DNA from: Gammaproteobacteria bacterium
GTDB lineage: Bacteria; Pseudomonadota; Gammaproteobacteria; Eutrophobiales; Eutrophobiaceae
DNA length: 41,136 nt
Reading direction: 5' to 3'
NCBI GenBank assembly: GCA_018676275.1
Contig: JABHFC010000440.1
Coordinates: forward strand, 1 to 41,136
In this document: in pieces, positions 27,990 through 34,964 of the stretch
Numbering within the stretch: the first letter of the stretch is position 1
How the letters are laid out: each line of letters begins with the position of its first letter
Notes under the pieces: generated by a model
Told to the model about the DNA's origin: nothing
The model's database searches: none
Seen by the model: only the letters and a program-made list of their open reading frames with translations
Translations under genes and position numbers: made by a program

Positions 27990-28018
27990 TTGGCACCAAA
28001 AAAAAGCACAGCTATACT
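27990..28018 (+). promoter_or_regulatory. near-consensus sigma-70 promoter facing the cassette array
   Basis: TTGGCA (27990-27995), a 17-nt spacer, then TATACT (28013-28018). Each hexamer matches its consensus at 5/6. It is the only such match I saw between the methyltransferase gene and the first cassette ORF. Confidence 0.45.
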
Positions 28019-28067
28019 CAATTGATTGAAAAGGAGAAACCGGGAGTTATTCCTCTCATGTACATCA

Positions 28068-28120
28068 CTACAACAAGCGCCAAATAACTACGGCCATGGC
28101 CATAGAATAAACCGTTATGA
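28068..28120 (+). repeat. left-boundary attC-like / attI-like remnant
   Basis: It begins CTACAAC-AAG and ends CC-GTTATGA. The centre is CTACGGCCATGGCCATAG, with a perfect GGCCATGGCC palindrome. The arms pair poorly and it is shorter than the other sites. Confidence 0.35.
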
Positions 28121-28138
28121 TTCAAGCAACACATCGAC

Positions 28139-28672
28139 ATGATTGATAATATCCTTGGCGTTTTAGCGACTACTGCAGTAACAATTGGAGGGTTCACTGT
28201 AATAGCAAGTGTGCTGGGCGCACAACTTATTGGTTCGCGTACAGGCGAGGCGTGGTTAGCCTTTTTTATCGTTACAGAAAGTCTATATTCGTTAATCGTA
28301 GTCCTTTTGCCTCTAATTCTCAGTACTTATCCCGTTGATAATAGCCTTGTTTGGCAAATATCCAGCATTCTATCCATTGTGATTAATATTCCGTTTTATC
28401 TGATGCTTACAAGATTTGCTGAATTTCACAAAAATAATGTAAGAAAGCGATTGCTAGAGACAATCACCTATAGCTTCATTATTTTTATTGATGTAGTTGC
28501 AATGCTTATTTTTTTATTTTTGGCAATAGGAGTATGGGTAAAGGAAGAATGGGGTATCGCATTATACGTCACTGCCGCCTCACTGTTGCTACTGGAGGCC
28601 ATTTGGGCGGTAGTGTTATTGGTGCTGAGAACATTTATGAGTGTAGTGGATGAGAGCACAAATGAATCATAA
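28139..28672 (+). CDS. cassette 1: polytopic membrane protein, no recognisable family
   Basis: 177 aa with about 5 hydrophobic segments. The stop codon TAA is part of the inverse core TCATAAC of the following attC. Confidence 0.6.
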   Translation: MIDNILGVLATTAVTIGGFTVIASVLGAQLIGSRTGEAWLAFFIVTESLYSLIVVLLPLILSTYPVDNSLVWQISSILSIVINIPFYLMLTRFAEFHKNNVRKRLLETITYSFIIFIDVVAMLIFLFLAIGVWVKEEWGIALYVTAASLLLLEAIWAVVLLVLRTFMSVVDESTNES

Positions 28673-28729
28673 CGAATGGCTCCAGAACGACGCGCAAAAA
28701 ACGCGCGCGTCTGAGCCTAGACGTTAGCT
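28667..28729 (+). repeat. attC site 1 (63 bp)
   Basis: TCATAAC...GTTAGCT. The arms GGCTC(C)AGA(A)CG(A)CGCGC and GCGCGCGTCTGAGCC pair with three unpaired bases on one arm. Confidence 0.8.
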
Positions 28730-28732
28730 GTC

Positions 28733-29047
28733 TTGAAAAATAGTATTACAAAAATCATAGGAACTAGTGGAGCCTTAATCACTTTTGTGCTCTTTTTAAG
28801 TGGTTGCGATGATGGGCATTTGAGAGGAAAGGTTACAGAGTCATCTGATGGAGAAACGTACTTTGCAGTAATTGATAATAATGGAGGTCATTGTGGGCCG
28901 ATATTACTAGATGGCATAGAATGGATTCATCCTGTAGGTGAAAAGGCTAAAATCATCCCAGGAAGACACACAATTAAATGTGGATCGACGATTTCATTTG
29001 AGGTTCCATCAGGGGTACTTTACGAATTTGATTATTGGGGTCCATGA
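28733..29047 (+). CDS. cassette 2: small lipoprotein, no recognisable family
   Basis: 104 aa from a TTG start 4 nt past the attC core. The signal has the lipobox FLSGC and the mature part contains 2 further Cys. Confidence 0.55.
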   Translation: MKNSITKIIGTSGALITFVLFLSGCDDGHLRGKVTESSDGETYFAVIDNNGGHCGPILLDGIEWIHPVGEKAKIIPGRHTIKCGSTISFEVPSGVLYEFDYWGP

Positions 29048-29054
29048 CAGAAAC

Positions 29055-29135
29055 AGCTAACAAGGCAATCGAGGTCGACTGGGCAAAGTGCCGCTTCGCT
29101 TTACTTTCCCCAGCGGCTCATCGCAGACGTTATGT
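29055..29135 (+). repeat. attC site 2 (81 bp)
   Basis: AGCTAAC-AAG...GAC-GTTATGT. Inner arms GCAATCGAG / CTCATCGC and GTCGACTGGG / CCCCAGCGGC pair imperfectly. Confidence 0.65.
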
Positions 29136-29147
29136 GATACAGATAGA

Positions 29148-29456
29148 ATGAAAAAACTAGTTTTATTCCTGAGAAACTTACTTCTTCCTGCTTTCATACA
29201 CTTTCTGATTGTTGGTGCCTTTAGTACTATAGATCCATGTAATAATAATCCAGGTTGCATGGCAGGATCATCTACATTCTATTTCCTTTTGCTGATCACG
29301 ACTCCTGTAATGCTTGTTCTTTTTGTTGGTAGTATTATTCAGCTGATGATAGAAGAACCAAATTATTCGAAATATTTGATAATTAACCTAGGGATTGCAC
29401 TAATTCCAATTCCATTAGTGGCAGGCATAATATATGGAATCAGAACATTCACATAA
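29148..29456 (+). CDS. cassette 3: small membrane protein, no recognisable family
   Basis: 102 aa from the ATG at 29148 (MKKLVLFL...), with about 3 TM segments. The track's start at 29088 lies inside attC 2 and I rejected it. The stop TAA lies in the inverse core ACATAAC. Confidence 0.55.
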   Translation: MKKLVLFLRNLLLPAFIHFLIVGAFSTIDPCNNNPGCMAGSSTFYFLLLITTPVMLVLFVGSIIQLMIEEPNYSKYLIINLGIALIPIPLVAGIIYGIRTFT

Positions 29457-29527
29457 CAAGACAGTCAACCCGTCGCGCTCTTTAGTAATGGCGCTGCGCG
29501 ATAACAATTATAACGCGGGCGTTATGT
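29451..29527 (+). repeat. attC site 3 (77 bp, less regular)
   Basis: ACATAAC-AAG...GGC-GTTATGT, with GC-rich inner arms (CCCGTCGCGC / GCGCTGCGCG / CGCGGG). Its pairing is less clean than in sites 1, 4 and 6. Confidence 0.5.
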
Positions 29528-29545
29528 GTCTAAAAGAGTTCAATT

Positions 29546-29959
29546 ATGACTGACTTAGAAGTAATTTATCAGCTTTCTGAAGTTTACAACCGCGTCTGGA
29601 ATATGAGTCAGTGGTGGGCGAGTATTTCTTTCATGATTATTGCGATATCCCATTTCACTTCTCATAAACTAAATAAGTTTTTAGTTGGAATTATACTAAT
29701 TCTATATATGGCATTTTCAATTTGGCTATATAGATTTTCCACCTATAACGTTTCAATAATTTTTGGCTTATTACAAGATCTTCAGAACCTTATCGACTCA
29801 GGAGTACCGCTATCTCAGGGTGCTATTCGATATTTGGCAGTAAAAGAAGACTGGATTACGCCAATATTCATTAACATCGCTCAAGCTGGAACTTTCATTG
29901 CGACTATTTCGTACGTAATCTATTGTCAGTTGGATATAAGTAAAAAAAGTGACGGATGA
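29546..29959 (+). CDS. cassette 4: membrane protein, no recognisable family
   Basis: 137 aa with about 3 TM segments. AAGAG lies 7-11 nt upstream of the ATG. Confidence 0.6.
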   Translation: MTDLEVIYQLSEVYNRVWNMSQWWASISFMIIAISHFTSHKLNKFLVGIILILYMAFSIWLYRFSTYNVSIIFGLLQDLQNLIDSGVPLSQGAIRYLAVKEDWITPIFINIAQAGTFIATISYVIYCQLDISKKSDG

Positions 29960-29966
29960 TGAACAC

Positions 29967-30027
29967 ACATATCAAGTGCCTCCAGATCGACGCCAAAAAG
30001 CGGTGCGACTGAGCCAAGACGTTATGC
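29967..30027 (+). repeat. attC site 4 (61 bp)
   Basis: ACATATC-AAG-TGCCTCCAGATCGACGCCAAAAAGCGGTGCGACTGAGCCAAGAC-GTTATGC. It is the same family as sites 1, 6 and 7. Confidence 0.75.
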
Positions 30028-30089
30028 ACACTGAATTATATCGCTTGAAAAAAATTGAATTGAATTTTTAATTATTATGTTTTCATTGA

Positions 30090-30332
30090 ATGTCAGTTGA
30101 ATCTCTTATGCTTATGGGCATTATTTTTATCGGTGTGATTTTGATTGCCTCGATTAAAAGTATCCATTGTCCATATTGGCAACTACCTCTTGGGGCTAGT
30201 TTATTAATTGGAAGCGTAATCCTAAGTTTAATAGCGCCGGTCACCTGGGTTGAAGTGGGATTATCTTGGTTTTTCGGTGCCGGGACTGCTATCTTGGCTG
30301 TTGTAGTTCGCGCATACCAAGATAGCAGGTGA
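30090..30332 (+). CDS. cassette 5: small membrane protein, no recognisable family
   Basis: 80 aa with 2-3 hydrophobic segments. Confidence 0.5.
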   Translation: MSVESLMLMGIIFIGVILIASIKSIHCPYWQLPLGASLLIGSVILSLIAPVTWVEVGLSWFFGAGTAILAVVVRAYQDSR

Positions 30333-30354
30333 AGTGATTATCGCGACGTTATGA
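30312..30354 (+). repeat. short / internally deleted attC-like site 5 (43 bp)
   Basis: GCATACC-AAG...CGAC-GTTATGA. Both ends resemble the array consensus, but the central arms are missing. Confidence 0.35.
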
Positions 30355-30411
30355 TCTAGATACAATCTGGCTAAGGGTGTTTGATAATTAACAAATAGTA
30401 AGGAGAGAATT

Positions 30412-30516
30412 ATGGCTAAAGGTCGAGATGCAAAAAAAGCAGTTAAAAGGAAGTCTGAAAAGACTTTGAAAGAAAAACGTCAGGAAAAAAAGGAAAAGAA
30501 AGCCAATAGAAAATAA
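30412..30516 (+). CDS. cassette 6: 34-aa lysine-rich basic peptide (below the ORF-track cutoff)
   Basis: MAKGRDAKKAVKRKSEKTLKEKRQEKKEKKANRK. TAAGGAGAG lies 5-13 nt upstream of the ATG at 30412. It sits between attC-like site 5 and attC 6. Confidence 0.4.
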   Translation: MAKGRDAKKAVKRKSEKTLKEKRQEKKEKKANRK

Positions 30517-30564
30517 ACATGGTTTCTGAATATAATATTTAGAAATTGTTTTTTGAGATGCAAA

Positions 30565-30623
30565 ACATAACAAGCTCTTCCAGCGCGACGCCAATAGCGG
30601 TACGCCTGAGGCAAACGTTATGC
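30565..30623 (+). repeat. attC site 6 (59 bp)
   Basis: ACATAAC-AAG-CTCTTCCAGCGCGACGCCAATAGCGGTACGCCTGAGGCAAAC-GTTATGC. Confidence 0.75.
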
Positions 30624-30637
30624 ATAAAGAGTGAGAC

Positions 30638-31048
30638 ATGAAATCTATTTTTTTCTACGGGCTTTTTATGGATGAGGTGCTTCTTAAAAAGAACGGAGTA
30701 AATCCATCAAATTCAACTCAAGCCCGTATTGATGGTTATGGTTTGAGAATTGGAAAACGGGCAACACTCGTTGAATCAGAAGCCGAGAGTGTATATGGAG
30801 TGATTATGTCGCTGAGCACAGAGGGCGTAAATAATCTTTATAGTGCAGATAGCGTCTCAGATTATATTCCAGAAGATCTGATCGCGATTACTCCAGACAA
30901 TGAAACTTTGCCAGTAATTTCTTACAATCTGCCATTAGTAAAATTGACCGGTCAAAACAAAGAATATGCTAAATCACTATGTCTCGTGGCAAAAAAGGTC
31001 GGCCTCCCATCTGAGTATGTAAAAGAAATAGAGAAATGGACAGTTTGA
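30638..31048 (+). CDS. cassette 7: gamma-glutamylcyclotransferase (AIG2/GGCT-like) family protein
   Basis: 136 aa. The N-terminal IFFYGLFMDEVLLKK...ARIDGYGLRIG...VYGVIMSL pattern resembles the GGCT-like fold signature (YGxLM ... G ... xGxxY). Confidence 0.5.
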   Translation: MKSIFFYGLFMDEVLLKKNGVNPSNSTQARIDGYGLRIGKRATLVESEAESVYGVIMSLSTEGVNNLYSADSVSDYIPEDLIAITPDNETLPVISYNLPLVKLTGQNKEYAKSLCLVAKKVGLPSEYVKEIEKWTV

Positions 31049-31052
31049 AAAT

Positions 31053-31112
31053 GCCTAACAAGTTGCTCCAGAGTAACTCCAAAAAGCTTCTCAACAGAGG
31101 CAAACGTTATGA
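31053..31112 (+). repeat. attC site 7 (60 bp)
   Basis: GCCTAAC-AAG-TTGCTCCAGAG...CAGAGGCAAAC-GTTATGA. Confidence 0.65.
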
Positions 31113-31126
31113 ATCCAGGATGAAAT

Positions 31127-31675
31127 ATGGGCGATAGATTTGAAAAACTCAGTGAGAAACACATCGATTTTATCTCACGGCAGCATATGTTTTTTGTTGG
31201 CACTGCAGGTACTGAAGGCTTCGTAAATGTCTCACCGAAAGGAATGGATACCTTTCGAGTTATAAATGATACGAACGTAGCCTGGTTAAATTTGACTGGA
31301 AGCGGTAACGAAACAGCTGCTCATGTACTGGAAAGCGACCGCATGACGATTATGTTTTGTTCTTTTGATAAGCATCCAATAATTTTGAGATTGTATGGTA
31401 ATGCATCGGTCACTCATCCTCGAGACCAGAAGTGGGATGAACTCATTCGTTTATTTCCGGAATACCCGGGTGCGCGTCAAATCTTTGAACTCAATCTGGA
31501 ACTGGTTTTAGCATCTTGTGGTTATGCTGTTCCATATTATGAGCTGAAAGGTGAGCGCCCGACACTTGGAAAATGGGCAGATAGCAAAGGCAGAGATGGG
31601 ATCGAGGAATATTGGCAGGAGAGAAACACAGAAAGTCTCAATAAAAAACCTACCGGAATAGAAGACGATGCATAA
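31127..31675 (+). CDS. cassette 8: pyridoxamine 5'-phosphate oxidase-family (FMN-binding split-barrel) protein
   Basis: 182 aa. FFVGTAGTEGFVNVSPKG...LNLTGSGNET..H......MTIMFCSF is typical of PNPOx-like proteins. AGGA lies 7 nt upstream of the ATG. The stop TAA lies in GCATAAC. Confidence 0.7.
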   Translation: MGDRFEKLSEKHIDFISRQHMFFVGTAGTEGFVNVSPKGMDTFRVINDTNVAWLNLTGSGNETAAHVLESDRMTIMFCSFDKHPIILRLYGNASVTHPRDQKWDELIRLFPEYPGARQIFELNLELVLASCGYAVPYYELKGERPTLGKWADSKGRDGIEEYWQERNTESLNKKPTGIEDDA

Positions 31676-31713
31676 CAAACGAATGCAGTCCGACATACCA
31701 CTCGTAGTTTAGC
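31670..31713 (+). repeat. terminal degenerate attC remnant
   Basis: A good inverse core GCATAAC-AAAC, but only a degenerate core-like GTTTAGC at 31707. It is too short for a functional attC. Confidence 0.3.
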
Positions 31714-31727
31714 TCTGGTGCGAGACC

Positions 31728-32429
31728 TTACTCAGGGTTAACCTTCTTTTCCATCTCTTCAATGGTGAGATGTCTTACATCTTTTCCTTCAACAAAATAA
31801 ACAACATATTCGCAAATGTTGCGGGCATGATCACCAATACGTTCAAGTGACCTTACGGTCCAGACTGCATCAATGACGGCGCTGATACTGCGTGGATCTT
31901 CCATCATGTAAGTGATCAGTTGTCGGAGAATTGCGGCATATTGTTCGTCCGACTCTGGTTCCCTGGCCGCTGTTTTTACGGCTGCTGCAGAGTCCATACG
32001 GGCGAAAGCGTCCAATGCATCGCGAACCATTTCACTTACATAGTTACCCATGGCGTTGATACCGACATAGTAAGACTTTGTGCCTTGTTTCTCGGTAAGA
32101 TAGATAGCCATCTGCGCAACCTTTTCGGCTTCATCACCGATACGTTCCAGATCGGTAATTGTTTTGATAACCGCAGTGATTAGCCGGAGATCTTTTGCCG
32201 CAGGTTGTCTACGTGCGAGTATCTGTGTGCATTCTTCGTCGATGGATACTTCGTAAGAATTAACGCTGGGTTCATTGGTGATTACTGTCTGCCCCAATTC
32301 GATATCTGAATCAGTTAAAGCCTGCAACGCGTCAGTGATTTGCTTTTCAACAAGACCACCCATTGCCATTACCCTGCCACGGATATTATCTAGCTCGTTA
32401 TCAAATTGTTTGGATATGTGTTGACTCAT
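31728..32429 (-). CDS. phoU: phosphate signalling complex protein PhoU
   Basis: 233 aa with two PhoU repeats (ERIGDEAEKVA and ERIGDHARNICE), immediately downstream of pstB. Confidence 0.9.
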   Translation of the reverse strand: MSQHISKQFDNELDNIRGRVMAMGGLVEKQITDALQALTDSDIELGQTVITNEPSVNSYEVSIDEECTQILARRQPAAKDLRLITAVIKTITDLERIGDEAEKVAQMAIYLTEKQGTKSYYVGINAMGNYVSEMVRDALDAFARMDSAAAVKTAAREPESDEQYAAILRQLITYMMEDPRSISAVIDAVWTVRSLERIGDHARNICEYVVYFVEGKDVRHLTIEEMEKKVNPE

Positions 32430-32449
32430 AGTGTTTCTCCGGGTCAGTC

Positions 32450-33319
32450 CTAACCGTAACGACCTGTAATATAATCTTCAGTCATTTTTTGTGCCGGTTT
32501 TGTAAATATAGTATTGGTGTCATTGAATTCAATTAACTCGCCCAGGTACATGTAGGCAGTATAGTCAGATACTCGTGCGGCCTGTTGCATGTTATGCGTA
32601 ACGATAACAATGGTGTAATCCGATTTCAGTTCATATATCAATTCTTCAATCTTCAAAGTTGAAATAGGATCAAGTGCAGAGGCTGGTTCATCGAGAAGTA
32701 GTACCTCAGGTTCAATTGCGATAGCTCGAGCGATTACCAGGCGCTGTTGTTGACCACCAGAGAGTCCCATGGCGTTGTCTTCCAGGCGATCTTTAACTTC
32801 ATCCCACAATGCTGCATGTTTTAATGATTTTTCTACTGCTTCATCCAGCACACGTCGACTTTTGACACCCTGTATTCGTAAACCATAGGCGACATTCTCA
32901 TAAATGGACTTGGGAAAGGGGTTGGGTTTCTGGAATACCATACCGATACGACGGCGTAGTTCCGCAACGTTAACGGTCTTTTCGTAGATGTTATTATCGT
33001 GTAACTTTATTGAGCCCCTGATATCGACATCAGTGATCAAATCATTCATACGGTTAAAGCAACGTAACAAGGTTGATTTGCCACAACCACTGGGACCGAT
33101 AAATGCTGTCACCCGTTTTTCCGGGATCTGCATAGTGATATTGTTTAGTGCCTGTTTCTCACTATAAAATAAATTTAAATCATCCACGTGCAAACAGATA
33201 GCTTCATTGGCAAGCACCATTGGCCCATCATTTTGTGTCAGACCACTCATATCGAAGGCGTGTGTGGGCGTGTCACGAGTGACAGTATCAGCTTCTGTTT
33301 CAATATTATTCGGCTGCAC
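32450..33319 (-). CDS. pstB: phosphate ABC transporter ATP-binding protein PstB
   Basis: Walker [10 protein letters not shown], signature LSGGQQQR, Walker B LLLDEP and a PstB-typical C-terminus ([10 protein letters not shown]). Confidence 0.9.
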   Translation of the reverse strand: MQPNNIETEADTVTRDTPTHAFDMSGLTQNDGPMVLANEAICLHVDDLNLFYSEKQALNNITMQIPEKRVTAFIGPSGCGKSTLLRCFNRMNDLITDVDIRGSIKLHDNNIYEKTVNVAELRRRIGMVFQKPNPFPKSIYENVAYGLRIQGVKSRRVLDEAVEKSLKHAALWDEVKDRLEDNAMGLSGGQQQRLVIARAIAIEPEVLLLDEPASALDPISTLKIEELIYELKSDYTIVIVTHNMQQAARVSDYTAYMYLGELIEFNDTNTIFTKPAQKMTEDYITGRYG

Positions 33320-34964
33320 GGTATTTTTCTCTTAGATTATTGCGAATTCTGATCGCGGTAAGATTGAGTACAATTATTATTAAAATCAATAGCAGGGCGG
33401 TGGCGTACACCAGTGGTCGGGCTGCTTCTACATTCGGACTCTGGAATCCCACATCATAAATATGAAAACCCAGGTGCATGAATTTTCTTTCCATGTGCAG
33501 GTAAGGAAAATTAGCATCCAGTGGCAGGGTTGGTGCCAGCTTCACCACGCCTACTAACATAAGCGGAGCCACTTCACCGGCGGCTCGGGCAATAGCCAAT
33601 ATCATGCCGGTCATTATGGCCGAGGCTGTCATTGGCATGACGGTTCGCCAGAGGGTTTCCGCCTTGGTCGCGCCCAGGGCCAAACTACCCTCGCGCAATG
33701 CTCGTGGCACACGCGAAAGTCCCTCTTCTGTTGCGACAATGACCACTGGGACGGTCAATATAGCCAGTGTCAATGAAGCCCACATTAAACCCGGGGTGCC
33801 GAAGGTTGGCGTCGGCAGAGCCTCAGGATAAAAGAGTTCATCGATAGAGCCACCAAGGAAGTAGACAAAAAAACCAAGGCCAAAAACGCCATAGACAACA
33901 GACGGAACACCAGCAAGGTTATTTACGGCGATACGTATAAGTCGAGTCAGTGGTCCCTGTTTCGCATACTCGTGTAAATAAACTGCTGCGACAACGCCAA
34001 AGGGTGTAACTATAAGCGCCATCAACATCACCATTAATACAGTACCGAAGATAGCTGGGAAGATGCCCCCTTCCGTATTAGCTTCACGTGGATCATCACT
34101 CATGAATTCCCAGAGTTTAATAAAATAAAATCCGAAACGCTGAAGCTGGGACATTGCGTTAGGGCGATAGGCGCGAACTATTTTTGAGAGGGGTATTTCT
34201 ACAGTATTACCTTCGGCAGTAGTGGCAGTAATAGAGGCCTTGTTAAATTGCAGGTATAGCTTTTCCAGTTTTTTAGTGAGCACGTCGTAATCATCTTGCA
34301 ATGATTGTCTTTTAGTCTTGATTTCATCGTAAGGCGCTTTTGCCTTGATCTCTTTAAGCTCAAGCCCACGTTGTTGCAGACGCAAACGCTCCATCTCATA
34401 ATTGATTTTGCCAATCAGGTCTTTTTCTATGTGTCTTATTTCATCGTGAATAATGTCATTACTATCAAGATAGGATTGAAACAGATCCCAGTCATTTTCT
34501 TTACCGGTAACAACTTCATTATCTTCTTTTACGTTTTGCAGGTATCCGTAGAAATTCCCCCACTCGCGTCGTTCAAGGATCATTAGTTCAACTGGAAATG
34601 ACTGTTCGCCAATAGACGATTTCAGCACCCAGCGAAAATCAAGCCCGGTGATATCGCGATTACCGGTTTTAAATAAATAGCGATCGACAGTTTTGCCATC
34701 GTGATCTGCATTTGTGCCGCCACTTACACGAGCCATTGGTACAGTCTCTTCATCGACAAGCTCACCAACTATTATGCTGGTGCTGCCATCATTTTCCAGA
34801 TAATCAAACAGGCTTACCTGGCTTGGCCAGAAGTGCCCCATACCGCGTACTGCAATCAGGCCAATCAAGCCAATGACCATCAGCACCGAGATGCTTACTG
34901 CACCGGCGTTTAGCCAGATGTAGGGAGTGCCGGTATCAAACCAGTTTTTTAGATTAGTGAACAT
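33306..34964 (-). CDS. pstA: phosphate ABC transporter permease PstA (long form)
   Basis: 552 aa. The C-terminal permease core has the EAA-like region ([18 protein letters not shown]). An insert of about 250 aa follows TM1. The start overlaps the pstC stop (TAATG). Confidence 0.9.
   Translation of the reverse strand: MFTNLKNWFDTGTPYIWLNAGAVSISVLMVIGLIGLIAVRGMGHFWPSQVSLFDYLENDGSTSIIVGELVDEETVPMARVSGGTNADHDGKTVDRYLFKTGNRDITGLDFRWVLKSSIGEQSFPVELMILERREWGNFYGYLQNVKEDNEVVTGKENDWDLFQSYLDSNDIIHDEIRHIEKDLIGKINYEMERLRLQQRGLELKEIKAKAPYDEIKTKRQSLQDDYDVLTKKLEKLYLQFNKASITATTAEGNTVEIPLSKIVRAYRPNAMSQLQRFGFYFIKLWEFMSDDPREANTEGGIFPAIFGTVLMVMLMALIVTPFGVVAAVYLHEYAKQGPLTRLIRIAVNNLAGVPSVVYGVFGLGFFVYFLGGSIDELFYPEALPTPTFGTPGLMWASLTLAILTVPVVIVATEEGLSRVPRALREGSLALGATKAETLWRTVMPMTASAIMTGMILAIARAAGEVAPLMLVGVVKLAPTLPLDANFPYLHMERKFMHLGFHIYDVGFQSPNVEAARPLVYATALLLILIIIVLNLTAIRIRNNLREKYRAAE

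Larger units (their letters stand above)
28068..31713 (+). mobile_element. integron-type gene-cassette array without integrase (CALIN), about 8 cassettes
   Basis: Co-oriented ORFs are each followed by an imperfect palindrome bounded by nnnTAAC and GTTAnnn heptamers (listed separately). The array looks AT-richer than its flanks. No intI-like ORF lies between the flanking housekeeping genes. Confidence 0.8.

Noticed and set aside
27990-28000. TTGGCACCAAA upstream of the cassette array as a fourth copy (half-site) of the island's 41-bp element.
   Set aside because: Only the 11-bp half-site matches, and the second half-site and the CTTTTGCAG end are missing. The same bases make a good -35 hexamer with a TATACT exactly 17 nt downstream, which is the simpler explanation.
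27745-28067. Looked for an intI pseudogene or attI in the non-coding stretch left of the array.
   Set aside because: There is no ORF of 60 aa or more in any frame, and I could not recognise any tyrosine-recombinase motif by eye. A tblastx search would be needed to exclude a heavily decayed remnant.
29088-29147. Longer form of the cassette 3 ORF starting at 29088.
   Set aside because: That start lies inside attC 2. The in-frame ATG at 29148 gives a typical MKK... hydrophobic N-terminus just downstream of the cassette boundary.
30388-30639. 83-aa minus-strand ORF in cassette 6.
   Set aside because: It is antisense to the AAA/AAG-rich small ORF, hence the low-complexity FLFLFFLTFFF. It runs across attC 6 and opposes the orientation of all other cassettes.
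28667-31112. The regularly spaced repeats could be mistaken for a CRISPR array.
   Set aside because: The repeats are 59-81 bp imperfect palindromes with variable sequence, not 24-48 bp near-identical direct repeats. The 'spacers' are 240-550 bp and contain ORFs with ribosome-binding sites. No cas genes are present.
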